Positions 11,424 through 25,290 of a stretch of DNA of 64,000 bases are shown here, in pieces. The notes beneath the pieces are model-generated. The model worked only from the letters and a program-made list of their open reading frames with translations. It searched no databases and had not been told where the DNA came from. This stretch comes from Octopus vulgaris (lineage: Eukaryota). Made by a program: the position numbers and the translations under genes. Location: NCBI GenBank assembly GCA_951406725.2, contig OX597820.1, forward strand, positions 25,482,001-25,546,000, read 5' to 3'. The first letter of the stretch is position 1, and each line of letters starts with the position of its first letter.

Positions 11424-13438
11424 CAAATAGGGGCTGCAATAAGGGTGGAGCACTTGCAGAAAACAGCACTGCTTGGAACCGCTTGAATACTCCAGAAGGT
11501 GCTCGAAAAATAAGAGGTGTTACCTTAGTTCACTAGAAGTGAACAGCTGACACCATAGTTTATATTTCTAGCGTTAGAAGCTGTGCAAAGGCAATAATAA
11601 TAATAATAAAAATAATAATATTAATAATAATAATACTTTTTACTAAAGGCACAAAGCCTGAAATTTTCAGGGAGGGGACTAGTCGATTACATTAATTCCA
11701 GTGTTTCACCGGTACTTACTCTATCAATCATTGAACTCAGAACGTAAGGACGGATGAAATGCCAATAAGCATTTTTGCCTGGCATGCTAATGATTCTGCC
11801 AGCTTGCCACCATATTAATGATAATAATAATAATAAAAATGGTGGTGATGGTTGCGGCAGCGGCAGCAGTTTCTATTGTTTCAAAATGATTAAGAACCAG
11901 AACAGTATTTAGTGTAGTTTACTGATTAATAACAGATGCTTGTTTCCATTTGATAGTTAGTAAAGTAATTATCACTCATAATATTTTAATCCTAACTGTT
12001 CACTTTTAATCCATGTAATGTCAGGGACTGCTCATATCTTGTTAATTCACACCAATGTTCAGTGGTTCAGGCACTTACTTACATGTCAGGCTGCAGGGAG
12101 CTTCGTATAAGGAAATAAAGGGGGTTGAGTTTTTAAAAACTTTGTTGCATTGCTGAAAATTGTGTCTTCAGTTCCACTTGTACAACATTCAAAATACGTG
12201 TAAAGGGGGTCAGACACTGCGAGTGAGCAGTATTGATTAACCATCTCAAAGAAATGTGCTAGGGGAAAATTAAATATAATAGCTTGACTAGAAATTGAAA
12301 CTACAATGCAAATGTTGCAAGCATGCTTTTCTGATGACTTACCTCTGTCACCATTACGATGCAAATACAAAGAATATTCTTTTCTACTCTAGGCACAAGG
12401 TCCAAAATTTTGGGGGAGGGGGTGCAAGTCGATTAGATCAACCCCAGTACACAAGTGGTACTTAATTTATCGACCCCGAAAGGATGATAGGGAAAGTCAA
12501 TCTCGGCGGAATTTGAACTCAGAACGTAAAGGCAGATGAAATACCGCTAAGCATTTCGCGTGGCATGCTAATGATTCTGTCAACTCGCTACCTTAAGTAC
12601 AAATAATATTAGACTACTGGTGCATAATTTTTAACCCTTAAGCATTTAAACCAAGTATATCTAACCCAAATATTCTACCAGTTTTCTGTTCAAACTGGCC
12701 TGGTCTGACCTTTCACACATACCCTACAATGTCATTCTAAAAGTATAACATTCACATCAGCAAAGTCTCAGGGCCTCGAGATAATGCCTAATTAATTGAA
12801 AACTGAGTAAATAAGCCTTACATTTAGCAGAATAATCAGAATACCAAAGTATTAAAGCATTTTTAAATTTGCATGTGTGTGATACATGCACACATGCGCA
12901 CATACATTGAGGGTTGAGGGGCAGGATTTCAGATCTCTTCCAAATATTTTGTTGTATTCTTGGATAGGCCACTATAATTTTCCTTCTACATGATGGCTAT
13001 GTGGATAAGTTGTTTGCTTTGCAGTTATTCAATGTGAGTTCAATCCTGCTGACCAACACCTTAGACTCGTATGTGAAATTTGATAGTAACTATACAGAAA
13101 CCCATTGGATGTATATGTATATACAGTGATGCCTCTGCATCAATGCTGAATATTCATGGTGAAGACATGTGACTTAGTGGTTAAGGTATTCAGTTCATAA
13201 TCATAAGGTTGTGAGTTCAAAATCCAACAGTGCATTGTGTCCTTGAGTAAGACACTTCATTTCACATTGCTGCTAAAAATGAGTTATACCTGTAATTGAA
13301 AAAGCCTGTCCTGTCACATTCTGTGAAGTGCTCAGCCACTTGTGCATTAATTTCACAAGCAGGCTGGGGTCAACTGGAACCCTCATTGACATAATCAACA
13401 GAGTGCCAGTTATTTAAGATTTCTAAGTTTAGCTCTCA

Positions 13439-13472
<34 letters not shown>

Positions 13473-13878
13473 TCATAAGTTCTTGTGCACATATAACAGA
13501 TTTCTGATATTAAAATCATTCATCATTTCTATCACACAAGAATGAAACTTAAAAGAACAAAACAAAAAAAAAATTATTGTTCTTGACATTATCTATATCC
13601 ACTTTATTGAGTTTATGTAGTTACAGAGAGGATTAAGCTATCAGAAAAATAGGACAAAACACAAAAAACAATTAAAGAAAGAAAATGTGAGCCAACAATT
13701 ATCTGGAGATGTAATGACTTTGGGTGTAAATCCTATTCTCTCGCCTCCCCAGAAAAGAGTTGGGAACCTTCGGTGACTAAATACATAGTTTTTGGCAACC
13801 TTTGTGTGACTTACTTATTATAAGTGATTCTGATTTATTTTGCTTGGCATTGTAAACAATATTGTTATTGTTCAAGAC

Positions 13879-13923
<45 letters not shown>

Positions 13924-14409
13924 GAAATATGTTACAAAAAGAAAATAGAAACTACACGTGGAAATGTAAGGGGAAAATAAGAAGGAAAATAAGTGAAAAT
14001 GCACATTGGAAATCAAAAAAAGTAAAGGTTTTTTATGAAAAGTAACGATAGATATATACAATTAGATGAATTGAGGTAAGAATAAAAGCAATAAAATTCA
14101 TTATTGTGAATTGGTAAAGAGATTTAAAAGCATACTGGTTTCGTGAATTTATTAATCATTGCTTTGATATTTATATATATATATATATATAATGTAATAA
14201 TTTGAATTCGCCTTAAATGGTCCCTTTGCATACTGAATACTTGGTGAAATTGATTAATTAATTAATTTTACCCTCAATTGTTGAAATTATATATATATAT
14301 ATATATATATCTCTAGAGAGAGAGAGAGAGAGAGATGTATAAATAGATATGTGTGTGTATGTATATATCTATGTGTGTGTGTGTATTTGTATATATAGGA
14401 TTTTATATA

Positions 14410-14915
14410 TCTATATATATAAGACTCTAGTTGTGTGAGTGTCTGTCCCCTTCGATTTAGATTCCTAACTCCTCCCACATTTTGCGGTGCAGTTTAACCA
14501 AATTCGGGTATCTTATAGTCGTGATTCATATCGAGCCCGTCTGACTATTAGCGCGCGTCAACGATGAGTCTACAATTTTAAAAATAATTTAACATCATTT
14601 TTTATTCCATTTTAATGCATAAAATGCATCGTATGTCGATGGCGGCGGAGTTGGCGTCCACGCTCACAGCTGCACCTGTTTGCTTCTCCCCCTTCCCTCC
14701 CTCGTGAAGCTGTGGTGAAGGGAGTGTAAAGAAATCAACGTCGTAATGCGTTGTGAAGGAAACCAGCATTCTTTTAGAACAACGACTTCATGGCTTGAAG
14801 ACACCAAAACAAAAATGGCTAAGAAAGCCCGAATTTATAAGGGAAGTAACTCTCTAAAAATGCTTATATAGTTATTTCCCTTACAAACCCGAGCAACGCC
14901 GGGCGATACTGCTAG
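14410..14915 (+). mobile_element. Non-autonomous Helitron
   Basis: 5' A|TCTATATATATAA; 3' GC hairpin CCCGAGCAACGCCGGG (14888..14903) followed by CTAG|T; no TSD. It is CpG-rich relative to its flanks. Confidence 0.85.
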
Positions 14916-15221
14916 TATATATATATATATCTTTAACTTGTTCCAGTCATTGGACTGTCATCATACTGGGGTACCACCTTGAAGAATGTGACTGATCAAA
15001 ATATACCCCAGTCCCCTAATTTACAATATTGATGTTGAAGGACTCAAAGCACCTTACAGCCACAAGAAAATCAATGACAATGCATTCCAGAGCATTCAAG
15101 AGTTGTGTCATTATCACCATCATCATCATCAACATCGTTATCACCATTTAATACCCATTTTTCATGTTGTCATTAATTGGATGGTTCAACAGGAGCTGAC
15201 AAGCCAGAAGACTATGCTTAG

Positions 15222-15338
15222 CACTAAAGTAGCTAGAGTGTGTGCTGCCCCTCATTTGCCACCCCCCGGATCCCACAAAAATCATATATTGCCTATGACA
15301 GACCCAAAAGTGCCACCCCTGTCACAGCTACGCTAGTG
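15222..15338. mobile_element. hAT-type MITE inserted in an RTE-tail repeat
   Basis: TIRs CACTAAAGTAGCT / AGCTACGCTAGTG and degenerate 8-bp TSD ATGCTTAG/GTACTTAG. Confidence 0.7.
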
Positions 15339-15939
15339 GTACTTAGCTCTGCTGTCTACTTTGGCAGGGTTTCTCTGGGTCCCTTCCTAATGCTGACCAA
15401 TTTACAGATTGTGCTGGGTGTTTGTATGTGGCGCCTGCTCCCGTGAGGTTGCCACATAAAACAAGTTTCCTCAATTGATATGGGGAATGATATTGAGGGT
15501 GGGTGGAGGCTTTGTGACTGATGATGAGTGATTAAAGTATGATAGATGGACAGAAATAAGAGAGAGAGGATATGGTGGTGATTTATTAGTGCAGAGATGG
15601 GGAGAAACGATGGTGGGGGAGACACATAGGTGGTACATGTGTCAAGTAGGGTTGAGTTGGTGGAGGTTGTGGCTTAGTGGTTAGGGGTGTTCGACTCATG
15701 ATCATAAGATTGTGGTTTCAATTCCTTGACTGAACAACGCGTTATGTTCTTGAGCAAAACATCTCATCTCACATTGCTCCAGTCCACTCAGCTGGCAAAA
15801 ATAAGTTATCCTGCGATGGACTGGCGTCACATCCAGGTGGGGAGTATATATGCCACAGAAACCAGGAAACTGGCTCTTATGAGTCGGTACAACTCGAAAA
15901 AGTAACTTTACCTTTACCTAGGATTGGGTTGAAGTGGTT

Positions 15940-16185
15940 TACAATCAGCTTGCTCTTCTGAACAGAGGCCATTCAGGTAGAGGTAAGAAAACAGAGATTG
16001 AGGTCTGTGTATCTGTGGGTAAGAACTTGAGTTGTAATGGTGAGTGATTTCCTTCCAGCTCATTAGAAAGAGCAGGGATTTCCTTTGGAAGCTGTCTGGG
16101 CTGTTCTTGTGTACAACAACAGTAGCCCTGTCCCAGATGTAGGAGCATTATTCCATTGTGAGTTTCATTTGGATTCCTTTAGGTT
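15940..16185 (-). mobile_element. Degenerate CR1/L2/Jockey-group LINE fragment (post-RT region)
   Basis: A minus frame reads TME*CSYIWD...DSFQRKS...YLNGLCSEE, resembling the RP.MEYCS.IW...LD.IQRKA...Y.NG.CS.EL pattern. Confidence 0.55.
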
Positions 16186-16862
16186 ACTTTTCCATCAAAC
16201 CCACTAAGGTTTTTCCATCAAACCCACTAAGGTTTTTCCACAAAATTTTCTTCATACTCATAGTCATTTCTTCATTTCTGTGACCGTTGCTATATAACTG
16301 TAGCCAACACTATCCTTGTGGACCCTTCACTACACTTCTATTTATAGTCAGTACTGCCATCCCTAACAATATTTATAGTAAAATTGTACTGAAACAATAC
16401 ATGTTTATCTGTGTGTAAGTTATAAAGGTCTGCTCATAGAGAAGGAGTTAATAATGGTAAGAGGGAGGGAAAGAGGGGGAGGCAAAGTGAAAGAGAGAGA
16501 GAGAGAGAAAAAGAGAGTGAAAGAGAGAGAGATGTAACTATGATATTCTCAGCAGGAACAGACAATGTTATAACTATGTAACAGAAGACAGTATCATTCA
16601 AACAAATAATGTGATATCAAAATATAGTGTTAAGATGTTGATATCCTTGCACACACACACACACATACACACACTCACGCACAAGCACACAGTAATCAAT
16701 GTTCTGTAACTTCCAAAAGAACACACTTGTTCGCTGCCCTGTCTCTATCTTTTGCGCTTATTTGAGCTATTTTTGGTCACCTAACCTTCATCTGATTGTT
16801 GGTAGTTGACAGGTTATTAATATAGTGCTGTGAAATAATCTATCTTTTACAGCATTCACTCA

Positions 16863-16918
<56 letters not shown>

Positions 16919-18424
16919 ATATATCCATTCTCACCATCTCCTTTTTTCTTTCTTCATCTTTCCTTCTTTCCTCTTATTATCTCTAGCTAGCTTCTCATCC
17001 TCATTGTCTCTTCCCTCATTCTCTTCACTATCTATTTGTCTCTTCCTTTCTTTCTCTCTCCTCCTCCTTTCTCTGTCTCTTTCTTTCTTTCTTTCTTTCT
17101 CTCTGGGCTCCCATCCCTATGATACTCTCTTTCTCTCTAGCTATCTCTCTCTATCTATCTTCTCTTTCTCAGTTTCTATCCTGGTGACTATCTCTCTCTT
17201 TCTTTCTTTCTCTCTCTCTCTCTTTCTCTCTCTCTCCCTCTCTCTCTTTTTCTCTCTCTCTCTCTCTATTTATGTCTGTCTATCTGCCTGTCTGTACTGC
17301 CATCATCTTAATCAAGTTCATTAACTACCAGAAATGGTCATCACGAGAAGTAAGTAAGCATCAAAGACTACTTTAATAATAACCCAACAAACAACCCAAC
17401 CACCTCCTCGCCGTACACCACACAACAGACACTCGATCTAACAAGACAACTGACTACAACTATAAGGTTAAGCTGACTGACAACTAACTACAAGGTCAAG
17501 AACTTAAACCTCGCTAAACGCATCACGTTGCAGGTACCCGCCCCCTAGGCTAGGAACATTACTTTTCTTGCCTTGCTTTGCTTTCCTCTTTCACACTACA
17601 GAGGGGTCAACAGTAGAAAGGATCATATTACTGGAAAAAAAAAAAAATGACAACCTCTGCAACACTTGTTTCAACAGTATACAACTCTACATTATTTCGG
17701 CTGTCTTTACGTTCTGAGTTCAAATTCCGCCGAGGTCGACTTTGTCTTTCATCTTTTCGGGGTCAATAAATTAAGTATCATTTGTGTACTGGGATCGATC
17801 TAATCGACTGGCATCCTCCCCAGAAATCTCAGGCCTTGTGCCTAGAGTAGAAAAGAGTATATAACTTTACAGAGATTTTTTTTAGTTTATATTATGGATA
17901 GAATATGGTTGATATATTGGTCTGCATTATTCTTATTTACTTAATTTTGTGATTTCTTTTTTTCAATGTCGTGCTTTTTTTTGTTTTTAATTTTAACAAT
18001 GGTATTGTTGGTTACAGGCTTCTACAAAGCCATTCTGTGGTTTGATGTACAATTTATATAGACAGTAATAAGGGATTGTTTGTGTTACCAAAAACCAGGC
18101 ACGTTGCTTTCGTTTAAACCAACAGGTTTATACATATCATCACCATCATCATCATCATCGTCGTTTAATGTCCGCTTTCCATGCTAGCATGGGTTGGACG
18201 GTTTGACTGTGGGCTGGCGAACCAGATGGCTGGATGCCCTTCCTAACACCAACCACTCTGAGAGTGTAGTGGGTGCTTTTACGTGCCACCGGCACAGGCA
18301 CCAGTCAGATAGTACTGGCAGTGACCTTTCTCGAATTTTTTTTTTACACATGCCAACGCCACAGGTGCCAGTAAGGCAAAGCTGGCAACGATCCCACTCG
18401 GATGGTGCTCTTAGCACCCTACTA

Positions 18425-18600
18425 TATATATAGTTCAAATTTACAGAAAACAAAGGATGTAAGCAGGTGAGGGAGCAACATGCAGGTGTATTAGTTTGAT
18501 GCTCAGGAAGAATGGAAAAGTCTTTCACGTTTCAAGCTTACACTCTTCAACAGAAAGAGTTGAGAGGGAAAAAAAAATGGAGAGAGAAAAAAATGTGTAG
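18425..18600 (-). mobile_element. Penelope-like pLTR remnant with a degenerate minimal hammerhead motif (18521..18558)
   Basis: The minus strand reads TCTTT-CTGTTGA-A-GAGT GTAA GCTT-GAAA-CGTG-AAAGA, followed by a tail ending in TATATATA. Confidence 0.6.
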
Positions 18601-18794
18601 AGATTAACAGTTTAACATGATGAAATGACATATATATATGTGTGTGTGTTTGTATTTGCCTGTGTGTACATATTTTGCTGATATGCTCTGACAAAAGATA
18701 TACATATGCACCCTCTCTCTCTCTCTCTCTCTCACACACACATACACTCATGCTCACATACTCAAACATCTGTTTATTTTAACTTATATTTTAA

Positions 18795-19015
18795 CCCTTT
18801 CGTTACCAACCTGACCGAAACCGGCTCTGGCACTGTTGTACAAATGCCTTGTTTTCATAAGTTTTGAATTAAAATCTTCCACCAAACTTTAGTCACAATT
18901 TATGTTCCTAGCACTAGCTTAATGGTAACTAAGTTATTTTACTAAATTCTTTGTTATATTTAAAGTAATTGAAAGAAACACTGAACATCTCAACAGAAAT
19001 ACAGTAACGAAAGGG
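18795..19015. mobile_element. piggyBac-type MITE
   Basis: TTAA|CCCTTTCGTTAC...GTAACGAAAGGG|TTAA, with a near-identical copy at 33331..33551. Confidence 0.88.
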
Positions 19016-21050
19016 TTAAATCATTGAGGTATTTGAAAATAACCTGACCAAATCCAACCAAACTTCAAAGAAAGTTTTATGTCTTTCTATATATATATAT
19101 GCTTACATACATATACATATATGTAAAGAGAGAGAGATGCATGCACACCCAATAGGTTTCTGCACACCTCTTATTTGTAAAATATCACTCAAAAAGTTAA
19201 AAGGTTTTGCTCAACTCGAGGCTGTTGAGGCTATGGTAGAAGACATTTTGTCCAAGGTCCCCTGCAAGCACCATTGGCTTATGAAACAAACTTCTTAATC
19301 ACACATAATTCAGTATACGTTTCTTCTCCTGCCATCCCAATTCTGCTGTGAACACCAAATTATGGTAAGCACTCATCAACTTCCATCTATCCTGGGTAGA
19401 TAAAATAAAGTACCAGTCAATTGTTGGAATCAATTCAATTTCCTATAGCCACCTTTCAGCAGTATGTGAGCTTGAGCCAATATTTGGGGATCAATAATTT
19501 AGGACTTGCGATAGATTGACAGAATCATTCGTCTTGGACAAAATGCCTTGCAATATTTAGTTGCATTCCTTTAAATTCTAAATTTGAATCCCACAGGCTG
19601 GCTTTGCATTTTGTTCTTTCAGCTTTGATAAACTCCTTTCTTTTTTTATTCTTTTTCTTTTTTTCATTTTTTCATTTTTTTTAAGAATACAAGCATGGTT
19701 TAACACAGATATGATTGTATAGTAAAAAGTTTCCCAACTACATGGTTTCGGATTCAGGCCCACTGAGTGGGACCTTGGGCAAGTGTCTTCTGCTATAGCC
19801 TTGCATTGGCCAAAGCTTTGTGAATGGATTTCGTAGATGGAAAATGAAAGAAGCTCATTGTATATATTGATGGATGGATAGAGGGACGGACAAATGGACA
19901 GACAGACAAACGGACAGATGGATGAATGTACAGACATTTGTATGTGTGCATTTGTGTGTTTGTATTGCTGCCATCTTGCCTTGATATCATGTGATAGTCG
20001 TAAACAAGTGTTACCTTCATGTAAGTGGTGTCATTCATTTCCAATCTTCCATGAAAACATGTCTGGTCATGGGGAAATATCAGTCTATATGGAAACGGTT
20101 GAAGGTTGGCAACAGGAAGGGCATCTGACCATAGAAAATCCACCTCAACAAATTCTGTCTGGCCCATGCTTGCGTGGAAGACTGGATGTTGAAGCATTGA
20201 TGAGATGATGAATAAAATTTGTTTATTGAGAAAATGTCTTACAACAAGCCATCTCAATGTTTTGTACTCCCAAGAGGCCCTGGTTTTGATTTGTTTCACA
20301 AAACCCTTCAGTGTGGTACTCCAGCATGGCAAAAGTCCAATGAGTGAAACACATAAAAGATACAAAGTGGACATTGTACATAAAAGATGAGAAAAGATAT
20401 ATACCATTGCCACCACCCTGATATTTGCATCCTATTTTGGAAATTGATATTTAGGATTTAAATAAGGCAGCGAGCTGTCTTATATGGTGCAGGCATGGCT
20501 GTGTGGTAAGAAGCTTGCTCCCACCCACATCATTCTGGGTTCACTCCCACTATGTGGTATTATAGCCTCGAGCCGACCAAAGCCTTGTAAGTGGATTTGG
20601 TAGATGGAAACTGAAAGAAGCCTGTCATATATGTGTGTATATGTGAGAGAGAGAGTCTCTGTTTGCTCCTTCACCATCACTTGACAACCAATGTTGGTGT
20701 GTTTATGTCCCCGTAATATAGCAGTTCAGCGAAAGAGACCAATAGAATAAGTACTAGGTTTACAAAGAATAAGTCCTAGGGTTGATTTCTTTGACTAAAA
20801 CCCTTTAAGGTGGTGCTCCAGTTTGGCCACGGTCAAATGGCTGAAACATGTAAAAGAGTAAAAGAGAGCTGGCAGAACAGTTATCATGCTGGGCAAAATG
20901 TTTAGTGGCATTTCATCCGTCTTTACATTCTGAGTTCAAATCTCACTGAGATTGATTTTGCCTTTCTTCCTTTCAGGGTTGATAAGATAAGTACCAGTTG
21001 AGTTCCGAAATCAATGTAATCAACTTTAATGTCTAGAATTTAATTATATA

Positions 21051-21445
21051 GGTGCAGGAGTGGCTGTGTGGTAAGTAGCTTGCTTACAAACCACATGGTT
21101 CCGGGTTCAGTCCCACTGCATAGCACCTTGGGCAAGTGTCTTCTACTATAGCCTCGGGTCGACCAAAGCCCTGTGAGTGGATTTGGTAGACGGAAACTGA
21201 AAGAAGCCCGTCATATATATGTATATGTATATATGTGTGTGTGTGTGTGTCTTTCCCCCCCCCCCCCAACATCACTTGACAACTGATGCTGGTGTGTTTA
21301 CATCCCCATAAGTTAGCAGTTTGGCAAAAGTGACCGATAGAATAAGTACTGGGCTTACAAAAAATAAGTCCTGGGGTCGATTTGCTCGACTGAAGGTGGT
21401 GCTCCAGCATGGCCACAGTCAAATGACTGAAACATGTAAAAGAGT
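21051..21445 (+). mobile_element. tRNA-headed SINE, family B (other + copies at 20488..20866, 21889..22268, 29826..30243, 58521..59150)
   Basis: A box TGGCTGTGTGGTAAG, B box GGTTCAGTCCC, CORE-like CACCTTGGGCAAGTGTCTT, an internal (TA)/(TG) microsatellite and an (AAAAGAGT)n tail. Confidence 0.9.
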
Positions 21446-22274
21446 ATATGGTTTCAATTTCAAAAATGCTAGGATTTTTTTTTTATTTTGTGTGTGTGTT
21501 TGTAGAAGCTCTTGCTTATCTAACCACACTACAAGAGCTTCCTATTATGAACAGTCAGGCCAGATAGATAAAACATAACCTACATCTACCTCACACAACC
21601 AATTACTACCACACAATACTGTATAATGTGATTTGGGACCAAACTTTTTATTTAGAATAGCATAACTGGGACACAGGACTTATGAAACTTCTTGCTAAGC
21701 TGTAACTTTCAAGATTCTTTTGTGCTCACATATTCTTAAAAAAAAATACAAAAATACTCATAAAATCAGTTTTACTAAACCTCAAAGTTTAGAACATCTT
21801 GAATAGCAATATCAATGCTACCCAACCAATGGGCAAAAATAAATATATAATCCTGCATTTCTTCTTATAAACAACTATATGTGTGTGTGTGGCTGTGTGG
21901 TAAGTAGCTTGCTTATGAATCATATGGTTCCAGGTTCAGTCCTACTGCATGGCACCTTGGGCAAGTGTCTTCTACTATAGCCTCGGGCCGACCAAAGCCT
22001 TGTGAGTGGATTTGGTAGACGGAAACTGAAAGAAGCCTGTCGTATATATGTATATATATATGTATGTTTGTGTGTCTGTGTTTGTCCCCCCAACATTGCT
22101 TGACAACCAATGCTGGTGTGTTTACGTCCCCATAACTTAGCGGTTCAGCAAAAGAGACCGATAGAATAAGTACTAGGCTTACAAAGAATAAGTCCTGGGG
22201 TCGATTTGTTCGACTAAAGGCGGTGCTCCAGCATAGCCACAGTCACATGACTGAAACACGTAAAAGAGTGTGTG

Positions 22275-22310
<36 letters not shown>

Positions 22311-22334
22311 CACAGACACACACACATACACACG

Positions 22335-22552
22335 TGAGGGGGTGCTGAAAAGTTCCTGGCTTTAAGAGTATCGTGAAAGGCCTGGTTGAAAGTTCAACTT
22401 TCTGAATTCTTTTATAGAGCTTAAAAAAAACTGAAGGGCTGCTGCGATAAGTGTGTGAATCTGAGAGGGGAATATGTTGAATAAAATTATAATTAACTGA
22501 TCCTCCTGTGTTCTCTTTTACCCAAAGCCAGGAACTTTTCAGCACCCCCTCG
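22335..22552. mobile_element. mariner-type MITE
   Basis: TIR of about 29 bp, (C/T)GAGGGGGTGCTGAAAAGTTCCTGGCTTT, with TA at the right flank. An inverted copy lies at 53460..53668. Confidence 0.85.
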
Positions 22553-22830
22553 TATATTGTATTGTATCATAATCAGCTTTATCATTGTTTTAATCTTCAA
22601 TTTTGCATGCTTGCATGGGTAGACAGAGTTCACCAAGGCAGATTTCCTATAACTGGATGCCTTTCCTGTTGCCAACCCTCAATTCAAAGCTTACTTGTCT
22701 TCACAGTCTGATGACAGTAAACCAAAACTTCAAACTCACTGTCAGTGAGTAAAAATAAATTATATAAATATATATATATAATAAACATACATCTATATTT
22801 ATACACACAGACACATACAAAGTGTATATA

Positions 22831-22878
<48 letters not shown>

Positions 22879-22896
22879 CATACATACATACATACA

Positions 22897-22954
<58 letters not shown>

Positions 22955-23143
22955 TACATATAGATAGATAGATAGACAGACAGATAAAAAGGTAGGTGGG
23001 TAGGTAGAGAGAGAGAGAGAGAGAGAAATCAATAGATATCCATTATATTAGAATAGAAATTTCTGGATTCAATTTATTTGACTAAACCCTTCAAGACAAT
23101 GTTATAGCATGGCCGTGGTCCAATGACGAGTAAAAGATAAAAG

Positions 23144-23192
<49 letters not shown>

Positions 23193-24175
23193 TAGGTGGA
23201 GAGAGTGAGAGAGAAAGAGAGAGAGGGAAGAATAAATAAAAATTGGTTGAATTTGAACTTTTCTCCATTTTGCCACAGACAGATCAAACAGTACAAATTC
23301 GGTAGAAACACATGCAACAGTTTGGAATATTCTAAATATGGAAAACAAACATTCATATTTGGCTGAATCTATTCACCTTCATACTCTGCCATGTTCGTCC
23401 CCGTCTTACATCATTCCATTCTGCCTGAGTTCTCATTAGTCGAGTCGAAACCTCTTTCTTCTATTTAAGGGTCTAAACCATCTCAAGCCCACATTCCATC
23501 ACTAAAAACTAACAAAGGAAAAAGCCTCTACATAGCTTCTTGACCTACTAGAAATAGTAGTCAAATCTTCATTATTACACGTTACGGTCTTGGAAAAGAA
23601 ATGACACACACAGTGTAGTTGTAGGTAGACGAATTGATAGTCAAGGCTGGAATGTCTTTGATCCGAAATCTACTCTGTTGGGTCAGATGGGGACTAAATA
23701 AAAAACAGCCTAGGACCCTCTCCTGGATTCCCATAACTTATTGTCACTCTCCAGCGCTAATCCTAATATCATCACCCAAATTTAATTCTACTTTTTGTCT
23801 TTCTTTGTTTCTCTCTCCCTCTCTATCTAGTCTACATCTCTTTTTTCATTCATACATTCTTCCCTCTCTCTTTCTCTCTTTCCTTTTCTCACACACACAC
23901 ATACAATATTACAATATTGTCTGTATTGCTTTTTCTTTACTTTCATATTTATTTCTCTCTCTCTCTCTCTCTCTTTACATATACTCTTTTATTCTTTTAT
24001 TTGTTTCAGTCATTTGGCTGCAGCCATGCTGGAGCACCACCTTTAGTCAAACAAATCGACTCCAGGACTTATTTTTTGTAAGCCTAGTTCTTATATTATC
24101 GGTCTATTTTGCCGAACCACTAAATTATGGGGACATAAAGGCACCAGTATCAGTTGTCGAGACACAAACACACAT

Positions 24176-24207
<32 letters not shown>

Positions 24208-24261
24208 ATATATATATATATATATATATATGATGGGCTTCTTTCAGTTTCCATTTATATG

Positions 24262-24298
<37 letters not shown>

Positions 24299-24847
24299 GT
24301 GTGTGTGTGTGTATATCTGTTTATGTGTACATATATATATATATTTATATGCATATATGTATATATATATCTGTTTATGTGTACATATATATATATATAT
24401 ATCTGTATATATGTTTCTTTCTCTCTAAATCTCCCTTTGTTCCACCTATCTCTTTTTCCTTTTTGCTTTCTTCCTCTCATCTCCCTCTCCTTCCCCCACC
24501 AACATCCCTCATCTTTTCACATCTTACTATCCCCTTTCTCTGTCTTTCTTCTTCATGCTTCTTACTACCTGCTCCCTTACATCTTTTACTGCTCCTCCTG
24601 CTCCTCCCTCTTCACTCTTCTACTTACCCACCTCACCCCATTCTACTTTCTCAACTCCTTTTTTCTTTTCTTTTTATCTTTTCCTATTTTCCTTAAACAT
24701 TTTGCTGAACCCAACCATTTAACATTTTCTCTTTTACTTTTCCTTCTGGTAATTCGTCCTTTTCCCCTCCTTCCATTCTCTTTCTCTTTTTCTCTCTCTC
24801 TCTCTCTCTCTACCCTCTTTTTTTTTCTTTTGTTCTCCCTTTTCTAT

Positions 24848-25058
24848 CTCTTTTACTCTTTTACTTGTTTCAGTCATTTGACTGTGGCCATGCTGGAGCA
24901 CCGCCTTTAGTCGAGCAAATCGACCCCAGTACTAATTCTTTGTAAGCCCAGTACTTTTTCTATCGGTCTCTTTTGCTGAACCGCTAGGTTACGGGGACGT
25001 AAACACACCAGCATCGGTTGTCAAGCGATGCTGGGGGAACAAACACAGACACACAAGC

Positions 25059-25111
<53 letters not shown>

Positions 25112-25290
25112 CACACACACATATATACAACGGGCTTCTTTCAGTTTCCGTCTACCAAATCCACTCACAAGGCTTAGGTCGGCCCGAGGCTATAGTAGAA
25201 GACACTTGCCCAAGGTGCCATATAGTGGGACTGAACCCGGAACCATGTGGTTCATAAGCAAGCTACTTACCACACACCCACTCCTATGCC
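24848..25290 (-). mobile_element. SINE family B, minus strand (others at 23985..24255, 46662..47055, 47721..48241, 53871..54365)
   Basis: Reverse complement of the family B sequence seen at 21051..21445. Confidence 0.9.

Noticed and set aside
12070-12370. Minus-strand donor-like sites (CAGAG|GTAAGT, CAT|GTAAGT) and a 94-aa ORF
   Set aside because: No matching acceptor with a recognisable reading frame and no protein similarity that I can identify.
18018-18125. AG...GT-bounded segment that looks like an exon
   Set aside because: All three + frames contain stop codons and the donor (GTTTAT) is weak.
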